A stretch of 64,000 bases of DNA from Octopus sinensis. Taxonomy: Eukaryota. Below are positions 1-13,204 of the stretch, piece by piece. Below the pieces are notes generated by a model that saw nothing but the letters and a program-made list of their open reading frames with translations, searched no databases and was not told the origin of the DNA. Location: contig NC_043005.1 in NCBI RefSeq assembly GCF_006345805.1, forward strand, positions 26,784,001 to 26,848,000. Reading direction: 5' to 3'. The position numbers were made by a program, and so were the translations under genes. Each line of letters opens with the position of its first letter. The first letter of the stretch is position 1.

Positions 1-22
1 ATTAGAAAAAATTATTACAATT

Positions 23-200
23 AAGGCGGCGAGCTGGAAGAATCGTTAGCTCGTTCGACAAAATGCTTAGCAGCATTTCTTCCGGTTCTATACGATCTGA
101 GTTCAAATATCGCCAAAGTGGGCTCTGCCTTTCATCTTTTCGAGGTCGATAACCAAAGTTCCAGTTGAACACTTGGGTTGATCTAATCAACTTCCCTCTC
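23..200 (+). mobile_element. tRNA-derived SINE, family S1 (degraded)
   Basis: Head AAGGCGGCGAGCTGG with A-box-like GGCGAGCTGG and B-box-like GAGTTCAAAT. The body matches more than 10 other copies in the window. Confidence 0.8.
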
Positions 201-221
201 CCCTTAAAGAATTACTGTCTG

Positions 222-446
222 TTGTCACAAATAGAAAGGGTTCTTCTTCTTCTTCTCTTCTTCTTCTTCTCTTCTTCTTCTTCTTCTTCTTCTTTTCTTC
301 TTCTTTCTTCCTTCTTCTTTCTTCTTCTTCTTCTTCTTCTCTTCTTNNNNNNNNNNNNNNNNNNNNNNNNNNNNNNNNNNNNNNNNNNNNNNNNNNNNNN
401 NNNNNNNNNNNNNNNNNNNNNNNNNNNNNNNNNNNNNNNNNNNNNN

Positions 447-482
<36 letters not shown>

Positions 483-586
483 GAGAAAGAAAGAGATAGA
501 CAAGACAGACAAATAGCTAGACAGACAGATTGACAGACAGACAGATAGACAGACAGATTGACAGACTGACAGACAGACAGACAGAC

Positions 587-655
<69 letters not shown>
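222..655. repeat. Compound microsatellite (CTT)n / (GA)n / (GACA)n / (GATA)n spanning an assembly gap
   Basis: Direct reading of the sequence. Confidence 0.95.
347..446. other. Assembly gap (100 N)
   Basis: Run of exactly 100 N, typical of a placeholder of unknown size. Confidence 0.98.
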
Positions 656-656
<1 letters not shown>

Positions 657-910
657 CATTTCTTAAGGCCAACCCGATGAAAGTCATACAAAAGTATATA
701 ACTTTTGTCAGTGGTTTGTATTACTACCAGGTATTTGAATGTATCCGGTTAGGACCCCTCCGGGCATTTCTTCGAGAAGGGATCTTAACCATGACATTAA
801 AATACCGGGTTATCATATAAGCCATCGCCTTGTTTAATTAATTTTCTATAAATTGAATCGTTTTAGCTTTATGTAGAAAATATTCAAAACTGTTATTACT
901 TGTTAGTACA

Positions 911-914
911 ACGA

Positions 915-962
<48 letters not shown>

Positions 963-992
963 CAGGAAGTAAGGAAGGAAGGAAGAAAGAAT
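911..992. repeat. (GAAA)n/(GGAA)n microsatellite
   Basis: Direct reading. Confidence 0.9.
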
Positions 993-1258
993 GAAAAAGA
1001 TTGTCATTATGTCCGCCGTCCCCTGTCTCACATCGTCTCCCGTAAAGATTACCATTGTGTGTGTGTGTGTGTGTGCAGGGGAGGGGAAATTCAATAAAAG
1101 ATATGGGATTCACCTTTGACCTTGAAGAAAGACATGAAAATAGTATCGTTAGACTAGATGTGCAAAATGAATGGCGATAGGACAAAAGTGACCTCTGGTC
1201 AGTCAACGTGTCACCTGGTTATTTAAGTGGCCATTGTCTCTTACGGATGTTTGATTAT

Positions 1259-1850
1259 AAAGGCGGCGAGCTGGTAGAAACGTTAGCACGCCGGATAAAA
1301 TGCTTAGCGAGATTTCGTCCGTCTTCACGGTCTGAGTTCAAATTCCGCCGAGGTCGACTTTGTCTTTCATCCTTTCGGGCTCGATAAAATAAGAACTAGT
1401 TGAACATTGGGGTTGATGTAATCGACTTAAGCGTTCCCTAAAACTGCTGGCCTTGTGCCAAAATTTGAAATCAATAAGGCGGCGAGCTGGCAGAATCGTT
1501 AACACGCCCGTATGTTCTGAGTTCAAATTCCACTGAAGTCGACCTTGCCTTTCATCCTTTCGAAGTCGATAAATTAAGTACCAGTTGCGTACTGCGGTCG
1601 ACCTAATCAACTAGCTCCCCACCCCAAAAAAATTCGGGCCTTGTGCCTAGAGTAGAAAAAATCGTTAGCACGTTCGATAAAATGCTTGGCCAAAATGCTT
1701 GGCCCGTCGCTACGTTCTGAGTTCAAATTCCGCCGAGGTTGACGTTACTTTTTACCCTTTAGGGCTTGATAAAATAAGTTCCAGTTAAAAACACTGTGTT
1801 CAATGTAATCGACTAGTCCCCCACCAAAAGAACTTCCAGGCCTTGTGCCT
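1259..1850 (+). mobile_element. Three tandem S1 SINE copies
   Basis: Three successive head-body-GGCCTTGTGCC units starting near 1259, 1477 and 1661. Confidence 0.8.
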
Positions 1851-2619
1851 TCCTTTTGTTGAAAGATTGTTATTGCAACCGTCTTTCGCGTTTAAAACGT
1901 GATATGGTTGAAATGGGCAACCATATCACCGAAGTAATAATGGTGATGACACCGACGACGATGATGACAATGATGATGATGATAATGATGACCTCGACTA
2001 CGGTCACGATAACGGTGATCATGATGGTGATGACAAGTTCTGAGTTCGCCTATTACGGCGGTGGTGACAAACTGTATCGGCCCTTGTTTTACTCCCTAAA
2101 CAACATCGGAGACATAGAGAGGAGAGAGCAGACATTCTACATGGACAACTAATGGTCTTCTATAAAAACAAATTCTATAAAACCTTGCCCAAGCTTCTGC
2201 CCTCGAAATGATTTTTGCTGATGAAGAAATATACTTAATACAGACGAACGGATGCGTTAGATATTGTGCTTAAATGTGTTGCTTAATGAAATTTTAAACA
2301 AGCAGCAGTGCATTGCAAGATTCGAATCCTATTACAGGGCTATTGTGAGGGTTGTGTCCCTCACCAAATGCATATTCCTTTTGCGTCCCAGTTCATGACG
2401 TTGTATGTCCTGTAGGATGATACAAACAATTCACTGCTATGTGTATTGTGGAATGGATGTGAATTCTGTTATTTTGCAGAGAGTGGAGGTTGACTCCTCG
2501 GCTTGCGCTTATATAAGCTAAGTTTCCCTTTGATAGCTCCAGTTTTCTTTCTTGTGCTACAGAGTAAACATGGCCGCTTCGCTAACACGAAGCCAACAAT
2601 TTCAAGGGAATGGGTAAAT

Positions 2620-2938
2620 CGATGACATCGACCCCATTGCTCAACTGGTACTTATTTTATCGATCCCGAAAGATGAAGGGCAAAGTCGACATTGGCAAAA
2701 GTTTGCCAGGCATGCTAACGATGCTTTTCTACTCAAAGCACAAGGCCCGAAATTTCTGGGGAGAAGCCCAGTCGATAAGATCGACCCCAGTACGCAACTG
2801 GTAATTAATTTATCGACCCCGAAAAGATGAAAGACAAAGTCGACCTCGGCGGAATTTGAACTCAGAACATAAAGACACACGAAATACTGCTAAGCATTTT
2901 ACCCGGAGTGCTAACGTTTCTGTCAGTTCACCGTCTTT
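2620..2938 (-). mobile_element. S1 SINE plus a partial second copy
   Basis: Reverse complement of the S1 body (AAAGTCGACCTCGGCGGAATTTGAACTCAGAAC). Confidence 0.8.
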
Positions 2939-4693
<1,755 letters not shown>

Positions 4694-4861
4694 AGAAGGT
4701 AAGCTGAATGAGGGATGAGTCTGAATCTACAACTGTTGATAGACTTAGGTTTTCTTCAGTGTAAGTTGAGCTAAAGAAACTCCGGCATCATACGTGAACG
4801 AACATTCAACGATAGGCTTTACGTAGGATTTAGTGCACAAAGGGACAAACAAATATATTAG

Positions 4862-5254
4862 AAAAATACTATTTTTAAATCTCACAACGAGAGATGTTCA
4901 GCAACAGTACTTTGGAGCAAAGATTGTTTACCAACATAACATGTCGGTAATGGTTTAGAACGAATGTTGTGGTGATTTAGCTCCAGGAGACATCGTCTCC
5001 AGCTGACTATACGACACGATCTGTGTCCTTATATTTTCGAACAAGGGAATCTAGAACACCCACTCGGAAATCGTGATATACAGATATTGTTTTGAGCTGA
5101 TTTGGGGTGCTAGATTCCCTTGTTCGAAAATATAAGGACACAGATCGTGTCGTATAGCCAGCTGGAGACGATGTCTCTTGAGGCTAAATTATTTGCAACA
5201 GTCGTCCTAAACCAGGATTGCCATGCTATGTTGGCAAACAATCTTTACTCGAAA
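4862..5254. mobile_element. Long-hairpin MITE-like element, copy 1
   Basis: About 150-bp inverted arms (about 4911-5061 / 5107-5254) plus a 50-bp one-sided extension. An inverted sister copy lies at 10293-10675. Confidence 0.8.
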
Positions 5255-5826
5255 CAAATATATTGCTTATATAAATAATGAATTAATAACTAAATAGATA
5301 ATCATGTGAGTGAAACATTTGTAATGATGCTCATAGCGATTTTTGTGTACATCCGCATAAGGTAAAGCTGTGCATATCTCTCTATCGAATAGTTAAGATG
5401 TTGGCTTCGTAAGCACAATGATCTGCGATCGATCATACTGACGAATGTCATTTTCTATAATCTACGGGTGCACCCATAACTGAAAGTAAAATTGATGAGG
5501 CGAAAACTATATAAAATCCTGTGGGATGATTTGAACCCTTATCATACATTGTACCACTCTGTCTCAGAATTACGTCTAGGGTACATGTGTCTGTGAAACC
5601 TCAGTCGCTTGCTCATTAGCCTAACGATGGAGCACGTGAGCCCTCGTCATGGAAACCGATGGAAAGCTACCCTTGTATAACAGTATGTAGACACACGTGT
5701 CTAACTGTATATAGACGATGTCTATAGCAGTATATAGATAGGTATGGCAAGCAGCCTGCGCACTGTTGTATGAATATATTTTTAACATTTAAAATTTATA
5801 AATTTTAAGCTTGTAATTTTTAATTT

Positions 5827-5925
<99 letters not shown>

Positions 5926-6021
5926 TATATATGCGGTATGTAGATAAACAAATGTGTATAAATAATTATATATATACAAAATATGTGTAGATAAACAAAC
6001 GTATATATATATATATACATA

Positions 6022-6391
6022 CAGTGATACCTCACAGTAAGAGTTTAATTTGTTCCATGATCGAGCTCGTCTTACAATTTACTCGTTTTAAAAATCAATT
6101 TTCCCCATTGAAATTAACTAAATTATAATTAATCCATTCCAGCCCCTCAAAAACTACTCAAAATTAATTTTTTATGGGTTTTGAAACAGAAAAGGTATAG
6201 TTACAAGTAAAATGACAATTATAGAGAATGCAAAAGGAATATGTAAACTGGTTTTATTAACTGAATTACCTTAGAGATGTATACTCGTACTGTGGATTTC
6301 CGCTCGTACTCCAAGACAAAAATTCACACAAGTCTCGCTCGTACAGCAAATTACTCGTACAATGGGGCACTCGTACTGCGAGGTTCTACTG
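6022..6391. mobile_element. pogo/Tigger-like (Tc1/mariner superfamily) MITE
   Basis: Imperfect TIRs CAGTGATACCTCACAGTAAGAG / CTCGTACTGCGAGGTTCTACTG, TA on both sides (6020-6021, 6392-6393), and five subterminal CTCGTAC repeats. Confidence 0.8.
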
Positions 6392-6900
6392 TATTTGTAT
6401 ATGTATGTGTATGTGTGCGTTTCTATATGTACAACCGTATATAGACAGGTATGTAAAATGTATACGTGGGTGTTTGTGTGTATAATTCAATATAAACAGT
6501 CATGTAGAGCAGTATTTAAACATGCTTATATAGGTAGTAGAATGGAGACGTATTTATAGGCGCTGATATACAGGTGTGTATAACTGTATAAAGACAGGTG
6601 TTTACAAGTATTTGGATACCTGTCTCTGGTTCTATATAGGCGGATGTGATAGCTGTATGTAGACAGTTGTGTGCCAGTAACTGTGTTACTGATAGAGAGA
6701 CATAACCAATTTTCCCCGAGCATAGAAACAATATACAACAAACATTATAAGCTAAGCTGGAATATAAAATAAGCGTTATAGAATTAAACATTATAATATT
6801 TATATCAATAGAATAACAAATTGAAAATATCTTTAAATAATGTTAAAATATGTTTATAACTTGTTCATTACTGTGTGTATGTGTGTGTGTTACAACATTG

Positions 6901-6906
6901 ACTTAC
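6901..6906 (-). promoter_or_regulatory. Candidate 5' splice donor (CAT|GTAAGT) 14 nt after the stop codon of the RING gene
   Basis: Perfect GTAAGT consensus on the coding strand. No transcript evidence. Confidence 0.3.
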
Positions 6907-6920
6907 ATGGGTTAATACGT

Positions 6921-8333
6921 TTATAGTTCATTCCAAAATCCCAACTTGAGTTCATTCTGGTTATCGCATGCTAATATAATTCCGTTTTGGTTAGTGACGG
7001 CCATAGAACAAGGACAAGCTAAACCATCTTTTGGCGACAAGAAGCAACTTAACTTCTCCGTTTGCGTGTTTAGTCTGAGTATTTTGTCAATGCCGAATCC
7101 TTGGCTGATATAAACATCGTTTCCTAGCGAAACGACATCTGTTGGTTGTCGAATGTTATAACTAGTCCAGCCGACATAGGGTTTGAAACAGTAGACAATC
7201 CCATTCGATGTGTCAGCGATATAGATATCCCCTTTCGATGTAAGGTGGACACGTTTATGACCCTTTAAACTATAGAAAGGAAGCTTAAGGATTGTCAGCT
7301 CGATGGTTGTGTCATGTGTAAGACTTACGAATTTCAGGAGCGGCTCTCCATAACCGATGGCCAAAAGATGCGAATCGCTATAGAAATCAATGCCACTGTA
7401 CTGAATGGATGTCCGAAACACATGAAGCAATTCGAAGCTTTTTGTGGGCAACAGCTTAACAACATAAAGTTTTTGGCAGCTAGCTGTCACTACAATTTTA
7501 TTTTTACCGAACCAACATATCCCATATGGTTCATGGGATAACACCAAACGAGCCACCACTCGCTTATTATCGTACAAAGACAAACATTTACGACTAATAT
7601 TAATCACTACATAATAACCTTCGTTGGTTCTAAGTAATCCACGGTAATTCCAGCCGCGATATGATCTCACTACTGGTGACATACTTAAGTCCGTAACTGC
7701 TGATTTCTTATACTTGCTGTCGTGTCTTTCTTTGGATTCGCCTGTATCTATCGCCATGTTTCTTCCTCCGGTTTTATATATTTCTCCACCATTACCTGAT
7801 GGAGTTGAAAACAACACAGCTTCCTTCAAAAACGGGAGAATTTTGTTCTGGATTTCAATATAAACAGAAATAACTTTCTTCATTTGTAATTCTCTGTTTG
7901 GATAAAAATGTTCTCTCTTGTTTTGCGGACGACAAACTAAAGATTTCTCTCTATAACACAAATTTTCTTTCACCGTCGGAACTTTGTAAGGATCTTCTGG
8001 CGCCGCTTTCGTTTTCCTTATTTTACTTTCGTCATCCATTAGATGTTTCAGTTGCTTCTCAAGTTTGACCAACACATTCATGCAGGTATCAATGGGAAAC
8101 TGTGTGACCAATTGATCTAAATTGGAGTTCGATAAACAGTGTATTGATTTACGGCATGTGGGACACAAGAAACAGCTTTCGTCTTTGACCTGCTGTAATT
8201 TACTGGAAATATATTCCTTCAGACAATTGGTACAATATGTGTGGAGACATGGCAACACACGTGGTTCTGTGTAATCTTCAAGACATATTATACAGGCTGA
8301 TAATGTAAAGTCTGTTTCGGCAGCTTCTGCCAT
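6921..8333 (-). CDS. RING-HC (C3HC4) E3 ligase-like protein with C-terminal NHL-like beta-propeller (TRIM-NHL-like, no clear B-box), 470 aa, single coding exon
   Basis: C14-x2-C17-x11-C29-x-H31-x2-C34-x2-C37-x19-C57-x2-C60, with the PRVLPCLHTYC signature of TRIM2/3/71-type RINGs. C-terminal blade motifs EPYGICW, GDIYIADTSNG, PTDVVS and PCSMAV. The ORF is uninterrupted and has normal complexity. Confidence 0.9.
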   Translation of the reverse strand: MAEAAETDFTLSACIICLEDYTEPRVLPCLHTYCTNCLKEYISSKLQQVKDESCFLCPTCRKSIHCLSNSNLDQLVTQFPIDTCMNVLVKLEKQLKHLMDDESKIRKTKAAPEDPYKVPTVKENLCYREKSLVCRPQNKREHFYPNRELQMKKVISVYIEIQNKILPFLKEAVLFSTPSGNGGEIYKTGGRNMAIDTGESKERHDSKYKKSAVTDLSMSPVVRSYRGWNYRGLLRTNEGYYVVINISRKCLSLYDNKRVVARLVLSHEPYGICWFGKNKIVVTASCQKLYVVKLLPTKSFELLHVFRTSIQYSGIDFYSDSHLLAIGYGEPLLKFVSLTHDTTIELTILKLPFYSLKGHKRVHLTSKGDIYIADTSNGIVYCFKPYVGWTSYNIRQPTDVVSLGNDVYISQGFGIDKILRLNTQTEKLSCFLSPKDGLACPCSMAVTNQNGIILACDNQNELKLGFWNEL

Positions 8334-8526
8334 TATCCTCTCCTCCTTTTGAAATGGCTAAAGAAACTTTTGTCTCAGACGTAACATCTCTCCTATATAT
8401 ATACTCATCAACGTGTGTGTGTGTGTGTGTATGTGTGTATGTGTGCGTGTGCGTGTGTAAGCAGACGCGTAGATGTTTATGTATGAATGTGTATGTATAT
8501 ATATATGTGTGTGTGTGTGCGTGTGG

Positions 8527-8573
<47 letters not shown>

Positions 8574-8854
8574 TGATAGTGTGTGTGTGTATGTAAATGC
8601 ATCCATGCATGTCTGTAAGCGCGCGTGTGTGTATGAGAATCCGACTCGTGTGTTTATGTTTTTTGTTTGTGGTGGAATTCAAACTTTGGACTTTCGTATG
8701 TTCGGTTGCTTTTGTTTGTGTCTTCGTTTATTCATCGCTCCTCCTCCTCCTCCTCCTTCTTCTTCTTCTTCTTTGTTGGAGTCTAAATACTAGAGAATGG
8801 TATTGTCTTTCACTGACGGCTGAAGAAGAAGAAGAAGAAGAAGAGAAGAAGAAG

Positions 8855-8886
<32 letters not shown>

Positions 8887-8974
8887 GTAGTAGTAGTAGT
8901 AGTTGTTGTTGTTGTTTACCCATTCTGATTTCATCAATTGATGAGGAGGGTGACGACAATAACGTTTCATAATT

Positions 8975-10030
8975 TGGCACAAGGCTTGAAGGTTGGCGGG
9001 TGGGCAAGTCGATTAAATCGGCCCTAGCACTTTGTTTGCACTTATTTCATTGAGTTCGGAAGGGTCAAAGTCGACCTCAGTGACATTTGAACTCAGAACG
9101 TAAAGTCCCAAAAGAAACGGTGCTGCTGATCCGATGCGTTAACGATTCCGCCAACTCAGCGTCTTAAGTTTGAGGGCAACGTTCAGTTGATATCATCAAC
9201 CCCCAGCTCTTAGGTCGCTGTCTTGGTTTATTGACCCTTGAAGGATGAAAAGCAGATGTAAACTCGGTGGGACTGCAACTCACGTTAAGACCCTGAAGGA
9301 AAGCATTTTTCTGATCATTTAACGATTCTGCTATATCACCACTTTTGATTCTGACTTTCATAGGGTATCAAATTTTGGGACAAGGCCAGAATTTTTTAAG
9401 AAGGTTAAGTCGATTTTATTGACGCCAGTGCTCGGCTGGTACTTATTTTATCGACCTAGAAAGGATGAAAGACAAAGTCTAACCGGGGAGACTTTGTGAA
9501 GTCGGAAGAAAAGCCACAAAGCATTTTGCACGGAAACGATTCTATCAGCTGACCACCTTGACCCTCATAAGAATGTTGGTTTTAAATTTTGACACAAGGC
9601 CAGCAATTTCGGGGTAGAGGTTAAGTGAATTACATCGGCTCCGGTGTTCAACTGGTACTTATTTTATCGACACCCAAAGGTGGAATTTGAACTCAGAACG
9701 TAAAGACAGATGAACTACCGCTAAACATTTTTCTCGGTATGCTAACGATTCTGCCAGCTCACCATTTTGACTTTGATAATAATAGAAATTTCAAATTCTG
9801 GCACAAGGCCAGCAATTTTGGGGGAGGGGTAAATGAATTACACTGACTCCAGTGCCCTGATAATAATCTTAAAAGCTTCTTACATTGGCATAAACCATAA
9901 ATCAAGAGGCATGGATGTATCGATTAAGTCAAGCTCTGTACTTGGTTGGTACTTTATCATCCGAAAGGATGAAAGAAAAGTCTGTCTGCAGCTGCATTTG
10001 AACTTGGGACGTAAAGAGATGTAATACTTT
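8975..10030 (-). mobile_element. Cluster of about 5 degraded S1 SINE copies
   Basis: Repeated CACAAGGCCAGCAATTT, GGTACTTATTTTATCGAC and GAATTTGAACTCAGAACGTAAAG motifs. Confidence 0.7.
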
Positions 10031-10292
10031 CTAAGCCTAGATACAAGACAACACAATTGGGAAGAATGAGGTCAATTAATATTAACCAGCACCCATTTGA
10101 GTTGAAATGAAGTCCACGGCCCTTCGCAAGACCAATAAATGCCGAATGCATGCCGTGAAAGCCTTCCACGTGAGATGCCGATCGAGAAAGATACAAGATC
10201 AGAGCAAAATAAAAGACAAAGCTGGGTTTTCAGTAAAGTGTGACATATGGTTTATATGGTAACAGCAATCCAGAGCGATAAATAGTGTTGTT

Positions 10293-10675
10293 GTAAATAG
10301 TGTTTGCCATCATGATATGGCAGTCCTGGTTTAGGACGAATGTTGCTGTAATCTAGCCCCAGGAAGCACCGTCTCCAGCTGACTATACGACACGATCTGT
10401 GTCCTTATAATTTCGAACAAGGAAATCTAGCACCCTCTCTCAGCTCAAAACAATATCTGTGTATCGCGATATCCGGTCATTTCCCAGGATAATTGTTCGA
10501 AAATATAAGGACACAGATTGTGTCGTATAGCCAGCTGGAGACGATGTCTCCTGGGGTTAAATTACAGCAACATTCGTCCCAAACCAGGACTGCCATGTCA
10601 TGATGGCAAACAATCTTTACTCCAAAGTACTGTTGCTGAATATCTCTCATTGTGAGATTTAAAAATAGTATTTTT
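10293..10675. mobile_element. Long-hairpin MITE-like element, copy 2 (inverted relative to copy 1)
   Basis: Arms share GGACACAGAT...CCAGCTGGAGACGATGTCTC. The spacer and the one-sided extension are reverse complements of copy 1. Confidence 0.8.
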
Positions 10676-11438
10676 GCAATTGTTGTTGTTTAGACTTAGG
10701 TCAGTCTTAGTTGCGCTCAGTTACAATTAAAGACCTCGATGGTGGTTCTCATGCCTCCTTTTAGGACTCTTTTGTTAATCTAACACATCCATCGATTTCA
10801 ATGACAGTTTGCTGAAAGACGAGTAAGATTTGGTTGCTCTTTCTAGCAAGTTGAGTGACCATGTTGAAGAACACTTGTTGGTTCGTTGTCGCTGCTGTTA
10901 TTGATGTTGCTGTTGCAGTGGTTATATCATTGTATTGTTGTTGGTTGTAGGGTGGTTGTAATGATTGTGATGGTAATGGCGGTTATATTGTTGGTCGTGG
11001 TTATTATTTAGCTCTCGTTCAGCTCCGAGTCAACCGTGAACACCCTGTCGGTTTATATATACCGTATTATATTATCCAGTATGTCATGGCCATACTATGC
11101 GATTTAAGGGAAAGGTGGCTGCTATTTTTTGTGATACAAACAGACCTATGTTCAAAGAAGTTCCAACAGTAACCAGTCTGTCCTTCAGTATTTCTTTAGC
11201 TACATTCGTCTAATGCATTCTTCCTTTCTTTCGGCCGATAGAATGAGATGTGGGAGAGAGTTGGCTGTTATTTCCAGCATGATAAGTCACTAAGTAGGCT
11301 TGTTGGCTCGTATTTCTATAGATATTGTTCTTCTTGTTGGTGATGGTGTTGACGTAGTGGTGCTGGTGAAAGTAGTTGTAATGGTAATAGTGATACAGGT
11401 GATGGTGAAGGTGATGATGGTGATAGGGGACCATCGCT

Positions 11439-11516
<78 letters not shown>

Positions 11517-11589
11517 AAGATGTTGCATAAGTATGCAACAATTTAATTAAACTTCAAATAAAGTAAAAAGCCTCCAATATGTTCTTCGT

Positions 11590-11623
<34 letters not shown>

Positions 11624-11795
11624 TAATAATAACAATAATAATATAATAATAATAATAATAATAATAATATAATAATGCATTAATGCACGTGATGTCATGT
11701 GATTGGTTGAAAGATTAAATAACATCGATGTCGTTTCCGCTGTAATGCAATCGCTTTTCATTAAACGTACCTGACTGGAGCGGCACGAAACGATA

Positions 11796-11831
<36 letters not shown>

Positions 11832-12049
11832 AACATACATACATACACATAAGGTAGTTGTTCGGGCGTTGAACAGCGATCGTATATGTATATATGTATG
11901 TATGTATGTATGTACATGTGTATATATATATAAACCTCATTGATCATTAGAATATTTATTGTCAGCAAAACCCGTGAGAAATTTCAGTCACGAACAGCTT
12001 GCGCAGTAATTTAGCAATTCTTATTTCATTATGAAACCAAGGAATCAAA

Positions 12050-12375
12050 GGGCAAGCTAAATAAGACATCTGCACCTGCAACCTCTCCTAAGGGCATGCT
12101 ATAGCAAATCTAAAGAATACCCTACTTCTAGTAGTGGCTTTACAACTCACGGGTTCCCACCGTACCAGAATTTCTAAGCCTTCATGTAACTGCTAGTCGT
12201 TGAAACTGAGCTGGGTTGATTTGTCTTTTTGACATGTATTGTTTTTATGCTGGTGGTTTTTAAACAATTCTCCTCACCAGCCTAGTTATAGTATCGGTTG
12301 TACTATCACCGAGGGCCCGACCATGCAACAAGTTGTAATGGATTGCATGTAACTAGTACTGCTCATAGAGTGACT
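12050..12375 (-). mobile_element. Degraded 5' region of an RTE-like element
   Basis: 12310-12375 is homologous to the 5' end of the element at 15480-15548. There is a possible relic of the APE start. Confidence 0.4.
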
Positions 12376-13200
12376 TGACATACGTGGTGGTGGTGGTGGT
12401 TGCCTGCTCCTCATGCAGAGTTTGACCACCTCCTGTACCTACACCTTAGCACCATCATGGCATCTGATGTGGCTTTTTAAACCAGACAATATTCTGAAAA
12501 GACACCCACATAGATTGCACATCCGATTTAAACCACCAAGAGCAGCAGATAAATTCTGTTCTTTGTGGATCTTAAATTGTCTTCTGAGGCCCCCGTTGGA
12601 TTTGCAAACCTTCTGGCATACACTGCATTCAAAGGCGTGCACAGACATATATATGTTTTTTTTTACTACCCACAAGGGGCTAAACATAGAGGGGACAAAC
12701 AAGTACAGACAAAGGGGTTAAGTCGATTACATCGACCCAGTGCGAAACTGGTACTTTATTTATCGACCCCGAGAGGATGAAAGGCAAAGTCGACCTCGGC
12801 GGAATTTGAACTCAGAACGTAACGACAGACGAAATACCTCTAAGCATTTCGCCCGGCGCGCTAACGTTTCTGCCAGCTCGCCGCCTTAGAGTTGGTGGTG
12901 GAGCCCAGCAAAAGACAGGCGTGTTCTGTCACAGACTTTGCCCACTAGAAGGTCATTGTCGTTCACTTTCTCGATCGTTACATTATTCCTTAGATCTCTT
13001 TTGAATCTTACATGCGTTGTCCTAGCCTCTTCAAATGCTATCACTCCACTCCACACCTTTGTTCGTCATCCAACTCGATCCGAAGCAAGGGTTTCTATAT
13101 CTTCTGGATTCATTCCAAGTGACTTCATAGTCCTAATGCCGTCCTTAAACGTATTTTTTAGGTTTACAGCGATAGCGTTTCCCCTCTGCAAGTTCACCAT
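12376..13200 (-). mobile_element. RTE/BovB-like LINE 3' fragment with tandem C2H2-like fingers, interrupted by an S1 SINE
   Basis: Translation FKDGIRTMKSLGMNPEDIETLASDRVG*RTKVWSGVIAFEEAR, then CSVCQKVCKSNGGLRRQFKIH and CNLCGCLFRILSGLKSHIRCH, followed by a (CAC)n tail. Confidence 0.7.
12661..12888 (-). mobile_element. Full-length S1 SINE
   Basis: Complete head through to the CCCCTTGTGGG tail. Confidence 0.9.
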
Positions 13201-13204
13201 AAAA

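Noticed and set aside
165-691. ORFs spanning the N run
   Set aside because: They consist of microsatellite plus an assembly gap.
9957-10196. 79-aa minus-strand ORF as an upstream exon of the RING gene
   Set aside because: It runs into a degraded SINE, has no clear splice sites and has no recognisable domain.
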